Below, piece by piece: positions 39,803 through 53,281 of a stretch of DNA of 64,000 nucleotides. A model generated the notes under the pieces. It saw nothing but the letters and a program-made list of their open reading frames with translations. It was not told the DNA's origin and ran no database searches. Every line of letters begins with the position of its first letter. The stretch's first letter is position 1. The position numbers were made by a program, and so were the translations under genes. Source of the stretch: Octopus vulgaris (Eukaryota); NCBI GenBank assembly GCA_951406725.2, contig OX597816.1, positions 150,660,001 to 150,724,000 of the forward strand, written 5' to 3'.

Positions 39803-41792
39803 ATCCTTTCTACTGGAGGCACAAAGCCTCAAATTTGTGGGGAAGGGACTAGTCGATTACATTGACCCCAGTGTTTCACTGGTACTTAATTTATCAACCC
39901 TGAAAGGATGAAAGGCAAAGTCAACCTTGGTGGAATTTGAACTCAGAACATAGCGAAAAGCAAATTACTGCTAAACATTTTGTCCAGTTCACTAATGATT
40001 CTGCCAGCTCATCACCTTAATAATAATTATAATAATAATAATAATAATAATGATGATGATAATGATTCCAAATTTTGGCACAAGGCCATCAAGTCAGAGG
40101 ATGGGGTAAGTTGATTACATCAACCCCAGTGCTTAATTGGTACTTATTTTATCAACCCTGAAACAATGAAAGGCAAAATTGACCTTGGCAGAATTTGAAC
40201 TCAGAATGTAAGGACAGATGAAATGCTGCTAAGCATTTTGCCCAGGGTGCTAACGATTCTGCCAGCTCGCCGCCTTCAATAATAATAATGAGAAGAAGAA
40301 GAAGAAGAAGAAGAAGAAGAATACTTGAAAGATTTGCTGAAAACTTGTGGATACCTAAGATTACAGATTGTAACATGCTATCCACATAATTCATACCTGA
40401 GTCAAATAATAATGATAATAGTTATAATAATATTGATGTTGATGATTTCAAATTTTAGCACAAGGGTAGGAGTTTTGAGGAGAAGGGCAAGTCAATTACA
40501 TCAACCCTAGTGCTCAGCTGGTACTTTTTTCACTGACTACAAAAGGATGAAAGGCAAAGTTGACCCTATGTAAAGAAGTAGAAGAAATGCTACTACGCAT
40601 CTTGCCCAGTATGCTAATGTTTCTATAAGCTCACCACTTTACTGAATAATAATTATATTAGCCAGACTGGTGTCACCATCATTGTTGATTTCACTACATT
40701 TCAGCTGTTGTACGCTCCAGCCCTCTTCTGTTGTCTTGTAGGTTATTTGCATAATTCAACTGAAGCAAAAAAAAAAAATCATGAAACGCAGAGAGCAGAA
40801 TGAGAACACTGTATGCCTGCAAATCAAATAGAGGTTAGGTTCAAAATTCCAATGCAATGACAAATTTGGCATAGGACACCTAAGATGGCTGGAGCATACA
40901 ACAGCTGAAACATAGTGAAAGTAACAATCAAACAGTTCAGCTAATATAAATAGTATCATATAATATAAATTCCTCATCACAGCAATATAGAATTGTATTA
41001 TTATTATTATTATTATTATTATACATTCTGAGTTCAAATTCCGTTGAGGTCAACTTTACCTTTTGGGGGTTGATAAAATAAGTACCCATTGAACATCTCC
41101 TCTCCCAAAATTGCTGCCCTTGTGGAAAAATTTGAAACCATTGTTATTATTATTATTATTATTATTAGATGAGCAAAATGCTTAGCAGTATTTCATCCGT
41201 CTTTATGTTCTGAGTTCAAATTCCTCTGAGGTCAACTTTGCCTTTCATCCTTTCAGGGTTGATAAAATAAGTACCAGTCAAACCCTGGGGTCAAGTCAAA
41301 ACCCTTCACTAAACTTATTGGCCTTGTGCCGAAATTTGAAATCATCATCATCATTATAATTATTATTGTTTTATTTCTCAGAGAGCTTAGTCTTGTTTGC
41401 TTTGGTAGATTCTGTGAGAGCAGACAACAGCCTATTGTCAGAGGTCTCACAGAGTCTCTTTCCACACATTACAAGCTTTGATAATTGGTTGTTAATTATC
41501 ATGGGAGACATTCAACATCCATGTACCAATCTCAAAATCATAGCTGTCCCTATTATTATTGTTAATAATATTATTTAAGGCAGTGAGCTGGCAGAATCAT
41601 TAGCATGCCAGGCAGAATGTTTAGCAGCATTTTATTTGTCCTTGTGTTCTGAATTCAAATTTTGCCAAAGTTGACTTTGCCTTTCATCCTTTCAGGGTCT
41701 ATGAAATAAGTACCAGTTGAGTACAGGGATCGATGTAATTGACTAGCCCCCTCACTCAAATTTCAGGCCTTGTGTCTATAGTAGAAAGATTA
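39803..41792. mobile_element. Cluster of at least six Nin/Deu-like SINE copies separated by (AAT)n/(ATT)n
   Basis: Minus-strand copies at ~39803-40020, 40064-40277 and 40445-40640; plus-strand copies at ~41025-41142, 41168-41342 and 41577-41792. Confidence 0.8.
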
Positions 41793-41802
41793 TCATTATT
41801 AT

Positions 41803-44670
41803 TCTGTAATCTTATTTTTATCATGTGCTTTCACTGTACTACCGAGTGCAGCTCTATGTACCTTCGGTATGTGCTGTGGTTTGTTTTGGTGTTGTTATTT
41901 TCATTGTATTGAAATTGCTTTACACAGGATGTGTGCAGTGCATAGAAGTGCTATTTTCTGTATGTTATATATATATATTTGTATGTCCTGGTGCTTTGGT
42001 TATGTATTTGTCTGTATGTTTTTTAAATCATACCTTATGCAACTATTATTATAGGAATTGTTTCTGTTTCTATGCTCCACATTTGGATTATCTCTTTTTC
42101 CAGATCTTTCTATTTTGTGAGTTTCTCTGTTTCTTTCAGAGATAGATTGTCATCTATTGGGATTGATACATCAATTAGAAGGCTTTTTTTTTCTTGATGA
42201 TCTCTAACGACTAACCATGATCTCACTATCTGTGTATATTGGCGTATCTCAGAGTATGGTTGCTTTGTTGTTTTCTGAGACCTTTTCTGGGATATGCCTA
42301 TCCCCTCTTTTTTCTGCTGTCATTCCATAGTGTTGGCGTAGTTTCCAGTGTATATAGGTCCTAACTCTGTCATGTCTGTGGATATATTCCTTCTTAGCCA
42401 AGATTGGACAGCCAGAGATAATGTGATTTATTGTTTCTCTCCTATTTCCACATATTCTGAAGTCACATATTGTATTTTCCTTTATTATGTGTTGCTGGTG
42501 GTTTCTGGTGAGGAGGCTTTGATCTCGTGCTGAAATTAAAATTCCTTCAGTCTCTGCTTCGAGTCCTGAGCTCAACCATTGTTATCATTTTACTTTGTCT
42601 ATTTCTTTTTTGTTTAGCCTATTTCAGTGTTTACCATGCAAAGCTTTTCTTGCCATCATTTTATCATGGTATTTTGTTGTTCCAGTTTCAGTTTGGATTT
42701 CAGTTGCTTTACAGTTTGTTTTTGTTTGCTCTTTTTCTTCATTGTTATCAGGTACTATGATCTTTTTCTTGTATTTTTTAGCTTCCTTAAAAACAAAAAC
42801 AGTTTTTAGTGTCACTCATGTTCAGTGACTTTAGTACCAGTTTCCCTTGATTTCAAGTTAGATATTTCTGTAATCCTATGGTGGTTATTTTATAGTAATT
42901 TTCTAGATGTATAAGACCTCTACCACCTTCCATTCATTGTACATATAACCTTTTGTCATATTTTGGCTGATGTATTCTAAATTCTGTCATTAGTTTTCTT
43001 GCTTTCCTGTCTAGTTTAGTTCGTTCATTATGTATCTGATTAAAAATATTGTAACTACTTTATAACTGGTATAGCTAGAGTATTGATACTTATTATCTTG
43101 TTTTTCACATTAAACTCTGTTTTAAGTATTAATCTAACTCATTTATAGTATTCCTTATCTTCTCTTTCATTTGTGTGTGTTGTACTGTATCCAATTCGTT
43201 GATTCCTAAGTACTTGTGTCTGGGCTTGGTCTAATTTTCATATTTCATTTTCTTTATCTAGTATAATATAGTTACTCTTGATGAGTTTTCATCATTTGCA
43301 ACATACAGTTTTAGATCATCCATATACAAGAGATGATTGATTATCTTACCGTAGCATCCACATCCAGTTCTGTCTAGCATAACAGTTAAAAGCATCAGTG
43401 CCAGGTAGAAAAGGAATGGAGAGAGCAAGTCTCTTTGAAATATTCCTCTTCTAATGAGGATGGCTTTAGTCTTTATGATTCTCTCTTTTGTCTGGAGCTC
43501 CAGCACTGTTTGCCGTTTATTCATGGCATATTTTATATATTCTATTATTGTTGTTGCTACCCTGTTCATGGCTGGTATTTCAAGGATCAATGTGTGGGGA
43601 TTACTGTCAAACTCCCTTGAATAATCGATCCAAGTCATGCTTAGACCCTTTTTTTTTCTTTTGGCTGCCTTCAGTTATGGATTTATTGATCAATAACTGA
43701 TCTTTACAGTCATATGAGCTTTTGCAGCATCCCTTCTATCCTTCTAGAAACAAGTTGTTTTCTTCTAGATGTCTGCCCATTCCCTGCAATATTATTGCTG
43801 TTAAGGCTTTGTAAGTTGTAGGGAGACATGTTATAAGTTTGTAGATTTGGGAATTAGTATGGTTTTTCCTTCTGTGAGCCATTCAGATGTTGTCTCTGGC
43901 TCTGCTAGCATCTCATTGAATTTCTCACTCAATATCTTAAGTATCCCTGTTAAATATTTTGGCTAGAAATTGAGAATCTTGTTATACCCAGGTGCCTTTC
44001 AGTTGTTTAGTTTTGGCAATGCTGGGGTGACCTCATCTATTGTTATAGGTGTTTGTTGTTATATTAGATCTTTTCTGAGGTTGTTCCATATTCTTTCCAA
44101 AGTTCTCCAACTTCTGCTGTTGGTGCTGCTGTATTTTATTTTTACCAAGTTCTTGGTAAAATTGTTTTGGATTAGAGCTGAACTGCTTATTTTGTTTAAA
44201 TAATTATTGGTGTTTGTCATACCAATGGATTCTTTGCACTTTGGCAAGGACATCTTGCTTTAGCTATTCTTTTACCTCAGGTATACCTTGCTTTGTTATT
44301 TTGTATTTCTGTAGTATTTTTCTTTCTTATTGTTTAGTAGTGTTGTTTGCCCACTAGTTTCAACAAGGATTGACTAATTCTTTCTTTTATTTTCTATTTT
44401 TTTCTGAATATTATTTTTCCATAATGTTTGTTTAGGTTGTGATACTCCTGTTTGGATGGATTTGCAGGAGTATCCAATTTCTTTTGTGGCCACAGAGGCT
44501 GCTGCATATATTATTTCATTTATTCTGGTCATATTGACATTTGTTTCTTTTGCAATTAGTTCTGTGACAGCCAGATTTATGTTTTTTATTAATGTTGCTA
44601 TCTTATTATCAGCTTTAACAAACAGTCAGTGGTCCATACTGAGTTCTGTAACTTTTAATTCCTTGATTAT

Positions 44671-44675
<5 letters not shown>
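41803..44675 (-). mobile_element. R4/Dong-like non-LTR retrotransposon (RT, CCHC and RLE), degraded
   Basis: WIDYS.EFDS.PH, GIFQ.D.LSP.LF and INHLLYMDDLKLY (ORF 43258-43638); ETEG.L.SA.DQ.L.TRN, RICG..RETINHIISGCP.LAKKEYIHRHD (ORF 42249-42575). Flanked on both sides by (ATT)n, i.e. (TAA)n in element sense, the known Dong target. Confidence 0.85.
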
Positions 44676-44704
<29 letters not shown>

Positions 44705-44715
44705 TGAAAAATAAT

Positions 44716-45411
44716 ATTTGTGGCAGAAGCAGTAATTATACTGAATGGCAATCTTATGTTCTACCAAATGTGAGTATATTATTACAACACTGAATACTGC
44801 AGTATTCACCTTGAGAAATCCTTTCATATAGACATATGGTTCTAAGAGCACAGACATATGTCATAGCTGATCAGAACCATCTGATATGGAGGCTGGAACT
44901 GTCAGATCACATGATTTCAGCATACTGCATTTTCTTAGTGGCAGGCATCCAGCCCCACAAACCAGCCAAATCTCTTTGCCAAAGATATATAGAATAACAA
45001 TAACTTTCCAGTCACTGATGCTGAAATAGCCAGCAGGCTTATTAAAAATGAAATATTAAGAATAGAAGCAATATTAATACTAAATAGCAATCTTCATATC
45101 CTACTAAATGTGGATGTGTTATTAGAATGCTAAATACAAGCCTGCTGTGACTCAAAAGTCACTGTTATTTTATTTATCATTGGCAGTGTTATTTGGCTGG
45201 TGTATAGGACCAGACTCCTGCTACTGAGAATGCACAGTACCCTGAAATCATGCGATCAGGCAGTTCTGACATCCATACCAGACAATTCTTGTATACTGTG
45301 ATAAATATATGCTCTTAGCACTGTAAATCTATATGAGAAAATCTCACAAGGAAAATACTGCAGTATTCAGCATTCTAATAACACATCCATATTTAGTAGA
45401 ATAATTAGTTA
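44716..45411. repeat. Long imperfect inverted repeat with an internal partial third copy
   Basis: 44759-45015 is the diverged reverse complement of 45147-45411; 45062-45137 repeats 44716-44797 directly. Confidence 0.8.
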
Positions 45412-47686
45412 ATTTATTATTGCATTGTAACAAAGAGCTAAGCTCTTGTATGCTGCTTGCTACAATACATTTATCCTAAAATGTAGTTTCTCTGTATCTA
45501 GTCAAAAAAGAAACTGTTTTTATCACCATCATCGACAATGTCAGAGACAGCAGTGGAAGCATCAGTGATGGCTGCAAACATCATCCACTTTCCTTACTGG
45601 TATTGGTTGAATGGGTCAACACAGTCGCCGCCAATTTTTATTTGGCATTATTGCACTCCTAAGCTCAGTTCTCTGAATGTGCTTCACCTGAACATTCCAT
45701 ATTGATAGGGTTTCTAAGGTCGAATGAATATAAAGGAAAGTTTTTTTTTTAACAGTCATAGTTTAAAAATTGATTTAAAAACTCAGATATACATGTTTAC
45801 ATGTGTGTATGTGTGTTGGGTTTTATTAGAGAATAGCTCTAATTCTAGCAACTATCACTTAATGCAAAGTCATTGCAAAACTGGTTTTTCACCATTATCA
45901 CAACTCTGTCTAATTTCAAATATGAAACAAATTCTTGCTTTTATTTCTTCTTTTTCTTTTTTCTTTCATATACTTCAATTAACGCAACATTTCATTAACC
46001 AAGTGCCTCACCAAAATAATTAGTCTTTTCTTTATTTCATGACTAAAGTAAATATGTTTTGTGTGTGTGTTTATATTTCCAATTCACTTTATGCCAATGC
46101 AAACTCTCTACTGCTGAACCAATTCTAGTGAAAATGTTTACCTTGGGTAAAAGTATCTGACATTAATAAAATAGAGAAATAAGTGAGTATCATGGCAAGT
46201 TCTAATTTCAGCAGTATCTTTCAGTATAAATGTTTCTGAATGTCACTTCCTCTCAAGAGACATGTTTTATAAAGCAAGGTGTGTTATTTTTGTATATGTA
46301 ACATACCTAGCCTTCTTGTGAATGTCATTTTTAATTAAAACCCAAACTGGCAAGCTAATGAGAACACCTTATATATATATATACACAATAGTATTACAAT
46401 TGTAAGCCTTCTTAGACTCTCCATAGATCCTAAATTATAAACATCCTCTTACAGATTAGTTTCAAGTCTTAGTTTTAGTAGATTTGCATCACTGAAAGTC
46501 TGTTCTTTTCTAATGAGATTCACCACTTATTGCAGAATTTCGTTTAGATAAGTGAAATTTATGTACTTCATACTTTCAGTTAATAAAACATTTCATCAGT
46601 TTATATAGTTTTCCCTCACTAATTACAAACCTTATTGATGACTGGACTAGTTCGTTTTGCACTAATAGGTATCTAGACTGTCTTTAAATCAGAGACATAA
46701 CAGCACAGTATCACAAAGGGGACTGAAGCTGTAGACCCTTCAGTTGTCAAACCAATGCCTTAATGAGTCAGCTAGTTGGTGATTATGGTGATTTCTATAA
46801 CTCATAAGGCCATGTGAACATCCTGAATCCATTGTCTTCATGTAGAATATCTTAGGAAAGTTACCTTAGCAGAGTGTCTTTCTTCAAGCTATACTCATAG
46901 AAGTTGCACTCAGTACTGAAAGTAACAAATAACTTGCAATTTTATTCTTGCTTCTTCCAGCTGTGCTCATTAACTAGATGGTTGAGTGACAGTCATTAGT
47001 GTTGGACAAAATAATTTGTAAGGCTTGTTCCAGCACTTTGAGCTCTGATTCCAAATGCCAGTGCAGGGAAATATTCCTCATATCTTTTTGAGGCCAATAA
47101 ATAAAATACCAAGTATTAGGGTCTATTTTTCTTTCTCTCTCTCCCTCTTCCTCTCACACACGTACTTTCTCCCTTGAAAATATTACATGTGTTTAGAGCC
47201 AGAAAGGGTTGCACTCTACTAGGTTTAAAGTTAAAACACAATGAATGTCACATCAGCACCTTTACATCTCTATCAGGCACTAAGAACCCTACCCACCCAC
47301 TTTAAAGTGATCCCAAGTGTAGATACAGTTCACTTATTATCAGTATCTATAGTAGATATAACATTCCAGAGTTAGAAATCTTGAACATGAGCATTGCACA
47401 GCATTTGTTATGTGCTAAAAATCATTCAGTCTCCAATTAATACCCCAATATTCTACTAATTCAAAGTGTGGCAAGAGATAAAAATGAGCCACAAAACACA
47501 TTGAAACACTTCTGAAGAATTTTATCATTTTGTTGTGTAGCAAGAGCCAGAAATGCTTGCTAAACCCCATCTCTCTTCAAACCATACTTACAGGTAGATT
47601 TCAAGTCATCCCCTTAATCAAAAAAATTCTCATTATTATTACAGTGTTACAGTTACTGCTTGCATCAATGTTGCACCTAATTAATA

Positions 47687-47985
47687 CAGTGGAATCTCAG
47701 TTTACAAATTCAATTCATTCCTGAAGGCTGTTCATCTCTTGAAATGTTTGTAAACCAAAACTATTCTTCTGATTGGAAATTCAAGCAAGAATGTACACTG
47801 AGCAAAAGCTAGACAGCAACTGATGCTCTCCTGCTGATACTCCCAGCTTGCACCCCAACCGTTGTTGCCAGCTGGCATGTTCATTACTTGAGACTGTTTG
47901 TCACCTGAGACATTTTATGTTCGAAAAATTGTTCATAAACCAATTTGTTCATGATGAGAGATGTTCATAAACCAAAGTTCCACTG
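47687..47985. mobile_element. pogo/Tigger-like MITE
   Basis: TIRs ta|cagtggaatctcagtttac ... ttcataaaccaaagttccactg|ta with a TA TSD. Confidence 0.8.
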
Positions 47986-50327
47986 TATTTTGTGGACTGG
48001 GGTATTTAAGAGTTAAATGTCTTGACCGTTGACATTGTGCTGTATCAGTAATAGATTATGCATCTCTCACCTTTTACCTAGTACCTAGCAGTTCAACACC
48101 CAATCAAATCAACCATCTTTACCGACCAGTTAGTTGGATATGTCCATTATGATAATAATGTAAAGCTTAGTTTCAATCACAAAATGAGTTCAGGCTTCAT
48201 AAGAAGTTTATCAATAATTTTTCATGTTGGGATCACATAAAAACTTCATATAGTAGTGCTTGGAGGAGAACTAGCCTGCTACAGAGTCAGGGAGTGTAAG
48301 GGGAGGACTATCTATACATAACTATTTATGTATATGCAGAGAGAGAGGGGGGGATAGAGTGAGAGAGGCTGACAGATACACAGATAGAAAGAAAATACAT
48401 GGAGGAGGCTATAAGTGTAAATATGTGTTTATATATGCATTTACACATGTGTATGTATACACACACTCATACACTCTCTCTTTCTCCCTCTCTCTCTCTC
48501 ACACACACACAAATACATATATGGGGAATGTATGGTTGAGAGATAGATTAATATACTCAGTCCTACAAAAGTTTAGCTATTTATCCTGAAAAAGAATTTA
48601 TGACAATAACCATAGCATTAAAAAACTAACAGTCCCATAAAAACCTAAACCTACATTTATTACTTAGGTTCAAATACACGTTAGAACTTGTATGTAAAAT
48701 ATTCAAATAAGATTAAAAATCAATGTCAATGTGAAGTCATTATAACATTTTTTTACTATATCAGCAGAATTGCTGTTGTTAAAATAATCTGGAATGGAAT
48801 GCGAAACTATTGTTGTTAAACCCAGTGCAAGAATTCTGGTTTCTTTAGCTTCCTTCCACCTTACTCACAGAAAAAGACAGATGTCTGAGACATGGGGCAT
48901 AACTCTTGAATGCCTTAGTTTGCCGAGTTGCCAACAAGTTTTATTTCATTCATAGAACTGGCGTGTTACCAGTTGGAATAACAAATAACAATAAAATAAC
49001 GGCTTCATCATCACCATATCTATTTCCTTCCATGATGGTATTAAGATAAACTATACCTTAATACCATCCTCCATTTTTTTTCTTTCGTGAGTCGTGATTA
49101 AACCGTCTCAAACTTTACTTTACATGTCTTGATTTTTCTCGGCCTTCGGTATCTTACACCGTCAATATTCAAAAGCATGTTTAACTAAATGAACGTTGCA
49201 TATTTACATGCCAGCAAAGATGTCTTCCATACAGACATTGTCTATTATTTTTAAGGTCATGTCATATTGACGAATTCTTTGTTCTCTATCTTTTATGTAA
49301 GTCAACGTAAATTCATCTATGATTATAACAGTTCCGATTTTTTAGATTGAACAAATTTTTAGGAAACATCTTCTGGAATGAAATCATTGTACTTGATTGG
49401 ATTTATTTTCTTAAGGACAAAAGGCCAAGTAAACTACAACAAAATTTGAACTTATACAAGTAAATTAGCAAATGGCCATATGACAGTTTTTATTGCATAT
49501 TAACCAATAATAAATATACAAAATGACTAGTGGGAGATAATTCAGGTTCCACTACTTCAGGGTTTTGTTCCATTCAGCTATGAAAGCAGTGACCTTCCCA
49601 TTTACTGCAGCATCAAGGATGTGGGAAGCAAGAGTCTGTCTGAGACCTCCCAGATGGGGCACACTCTCACATATCTATCATACCCAACTGTCAGCTATTC
49701 AAATTTCTCTCACCATCACTTGCTTGTCACCCCTTCCCCATTTCTAAACATCTCTCTTCACTCTTATGGAACATCCTCCCTCTATCCCTTCTGTACTACT
49801 TTTACTCACCCCACTACTGCTATCTCCAATACTACCTATTTCTCTCTCACTGTCTATCTTTCTAGCTCTAGTTCTTTGTCCCACTGGGGTAGCTAAATAT
49901 CTCCTCTATAGTAAGACACTTATATTTCTCCCTCAATTATACGTTACCCTTTCACCTGACACAAAGCCACTTCCCATGGTTCCACTCCAACTGAGGGGTC
50001 TTTGGCTCTCAAGTTACTTGGCAACCTTGCTGCTGCTAGTGCCACATACAAAGCATAGTACACTCTGTAAAGTGACTGGCATTAAAAAGGACATCCAGCT
50101 ATAGAAACCATGCCAAAGCATCTCCAGTTCCTGTCAAACTATCCAATCCATTCTGACATGGAAGACAGACATTAAATGATGATCTCTTTGCAGGGAAAGT
50201 AAACAAAGATAAACCACAAACATCAGCATAAAAGACAATCTGAACTTGTTTTTTTTATATTTTACTTACTGAAGATTTATTTCAAAGGTTTACTGCAGAA
50301 TGCTAATGGCTTCAAATTTTGGCACAA

Positions 50328-51496
50328 GGCCAGCAATTTCGGAGGAGGGGGAAAGTTGATTACATCAACCCGAGTTTAACTGGTACTTATTTTAGCAAAC
50401 TCAAAAGAATGCAAGGCAAAGTTGATGTGAGTAGAGCTTAAAGTATTGAGATATTAAGCATATAGCTATAAGTTCAAATCTAACAACAGCCACTGTGTTG
50501 TCTTTATGAGTAAGGTACACAACTTGTTTGTGTCTAGTTTGAGCAGTTGGCTGTAGGAAAGACATCCAGTATATAAATAATTGTTCTAATAAAAAAAAAA
50601 TCCTCTCACTCATTTAAACAGGAAAATGGATGTAAATCATTAAAGGTCTAAAAACTTATTTCAAGTTAATTTGAACTAGGAACTTAATGACGGACGAAAT
50701 ACCACTGAGCATTTTACTTGACATGCTAATAATTCTGCCAGTTCACCACCTTAATAATAATAATAATAATCCTTTCTATTATAGGTACAAGGCCTGAAAT
50801 TTGGGGGGAGGGGGCTAAGTTGATTATATTAACCCTGGTATTCAACTGGTACTTAATTTATCAACCTCAAAAGAATTGAAAGGCAGAGTCGAACTTTACA
50901 GAATTTGAACTCAGAACATAAAGATGGTTCAAATGCTGCAAAGCATTTTGCTTGGTATGGTAACAATTCTGCCAGCTCATCAGCTTAACAATAATAATCC
51001 TTTCTACTATAGTAGTATTAAAGTATACTACTATAGTAGAAAGGATTATTATTAGCATGTTGGGCGAAATTCTTAGTGGTATTTTGTCTGTCTACATGTT
51101 CTGGGTTCAAATTCCACCAAGGTCAACTTTGCCTTTCATCCTCTCGGGGTTGATAAAATAAGTACCAGTCAAGTACTAGGTCGATGTAATTGACTATCCA
51201 CTTCCCCAAAATTTCAGGCCCAGGATGCTAATGATTCTGCCAGCTCACCACCTTAACAACAATAAATAATAATAAGGGTTTCAAATTTATTGCTTCCAGA
51301 TTTTGGCACAAGGTCAGTAATTTCAGAGAAGTTGATTACATTGGTTTTACAATTCAATTGATACTTATTCTATTGACCCTGGAATGATGAAAGCCAGAGT
51401 CAACCATGGCAGAATTTGAACTCAGAATGTAAAGCCAGATGAAATGCTACTAAGCATTTCGATAGGCATGCTAATTATTCTGCCAGCACACCACCT
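50328..51496. mobile_element. Second cluster of Nin/Deu-like SINEs in mixed orientation
   Basis: Copies or fragments at ~50328-50420, 50680-50752 and 50769-50986 (-), 51050-51220 (+), 51220-51255 and 51293-51496 (-), with (AAT)n spacers. Confidence 0.75.
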
Positions 51497-53171
51497 TAAT
51501 AATAACAACATCAACAACAGCAATAACAACAATACTTTCTAGGTAAAAAAAACCCACAGATCTTTATTTTATCAACACAATACCTCAGATCTTAATTTGT
51601 CAGATCGTAATTCCTCAGAGATTTATAAGAAGCAAATGTTTGGTAAATTGTGATGCTCATGGCTTTCCTAAAGGCATTAGGGGTTGCAGAGGCATGAAAA
51701 TAGTTTCTGCTGGGAATCAAAATCAAGTGATAAAATTAGTTCACTAAACTGTATCTGGCACCTATCATAATAACAATAATATATTTTACATAATTGAATT
51801 GGTAAGGAACAGGAAAATAGGAAGCTATGATGCTGCAAGAAAATTAGCTATAAAAGTTAATGTGGTTCAGTTGGAAGTATGAAATGAGGCAGTTGAATCC
51901 ACTGTGGATTCATTACCATAGCACCATGGCATTTACCACAATAATGTTTAAAACATAAAGCCTCAAATTTATAGGAAGCAGGAATGAGTTTATGTGGCAA
52001 TAATGCTTCAGTCAGGAATGAAAATATTAATTGAAAAAACAACTTGCCATCACAACAATAGCACTCATCACAATAATAATAATCTCTAAGGTTGGCAAAA
52101 GGCCAGGAATTTGTAGAAATGAAGTGTAATCAACAGATTCAAACTTAGACATTACTGTTTTTTTTTTTTTTCATTTTATCAATCCCAGTGAGATGAACAG
52201 TAAAGTTGATCTTCATGGGATTTGAATTCAAAAACATAAAAGGACTTAATTAATGCCAATCAATGTACTTAATCTGGCATTCCAGTATTTCAGGTGAATT
52301 AGTCCTTTTATGATTAAAATAATAATTAGGAAATGGTGAAGTTTCCACATGGAAATCTTCTGAGATTCATCCTCCAATTATTTTTGATCCAGATTTTTTT
52401 TTTTTTTAATTCTCATATTGTTCAAATTGGGCTTACAACTATTTTTTTTTTATATAGCTTATTTAGATTTTCATATATATTTTAAATTTTATTTTTAAAA
52501 TACTGTTCCAGCATGACCGCAGCCACATGGCTGGAATGTATAAAAGAATATATGTTTTTTGAGATTTAAAGCTCAATTATAGATTCAGTAAGAGCTTGAT
52601 ATGTGAATAATTTTCCAAGACTGAGATTCTGTTTTGATTAATTTTAAAAGATTTCAACTGCAAGTAAATAGCACATAATTTGGTGCACATCTCTTTATAA
52701 ACACATACAAATCTGTGCATGTGTAAATGTGTGTATGTATAAATGTTAGTGTATGTCTGTAACATGTAGCTAATACCGAAGTGGTGAGAGAGAAGAAACT
52801 GGTGGGGAAAAAAAGAGAAAGAAAGAAAGAGACAGAATATTCTAGAAAAAAGTTAATATAACAGTACAATTTGTGAATAATAATAGTATAATTTACCAGC
52901 TTAGTGAGAGAAAGAGATGGAGGAGAGAAGAGGGATTAAGACTATATTGGGAAAGAAACTCAATGATAGATGGGATAAAGAATAATATGTTAGAGGCAGG
53001 CAATGAGTAAGCCCAGTCACAACAGGGGCTATACATTAGTCTAGCCACAGCAAGGGCCTTAAGTGAGTTTGATAAAGACAAAAGAACCATTTAAGAAATT
53101 GGAAGAAATGAGAAAAATTCCAACACCAGCAGCATTAGCAACAATAAGAGTGTTTGTTTGTTTTATACTTT

Positions 53172-53281
53172 TTAACTGATAACTTTGAGTTCTCTGCCAA
53201 TATTTATGAATGCAGACACAGCACGATCAATATCTTCCTCAGAATGAGCACCTGAGATTTGAACCCTGATCCGAGCTTTAC
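53172..53281 (-). CDS. GCAT: GCAT terminal coding exon (GKARIRVQISGAHSEEDIDRAVSAFINIGRELKVIS*)
   Basis: ttttcag acceptor. ARIRVQISxAH includes the conserved carboxylate-binding Arg. TAA at 53174-53172. Confidence 0.95.

Noticed and set aside
41366-41578. ORF with an acceptor-like tctcag and LFALVDS, as a candidate EDEM1 exon 2
   Set aside because: Lacks NINDVLG and LDTL, is out of phase with exon 1, and sits among SINEs; more likely a minus-strand retroelement remnant.
39803-41792. Regularly spaced repeats suggestive of a CRISPR-like array
   Set aside because: Units are ~200-bp diverged SINEs in both orientations with microsatellite spacers; eukaryotic context and no cas genes.
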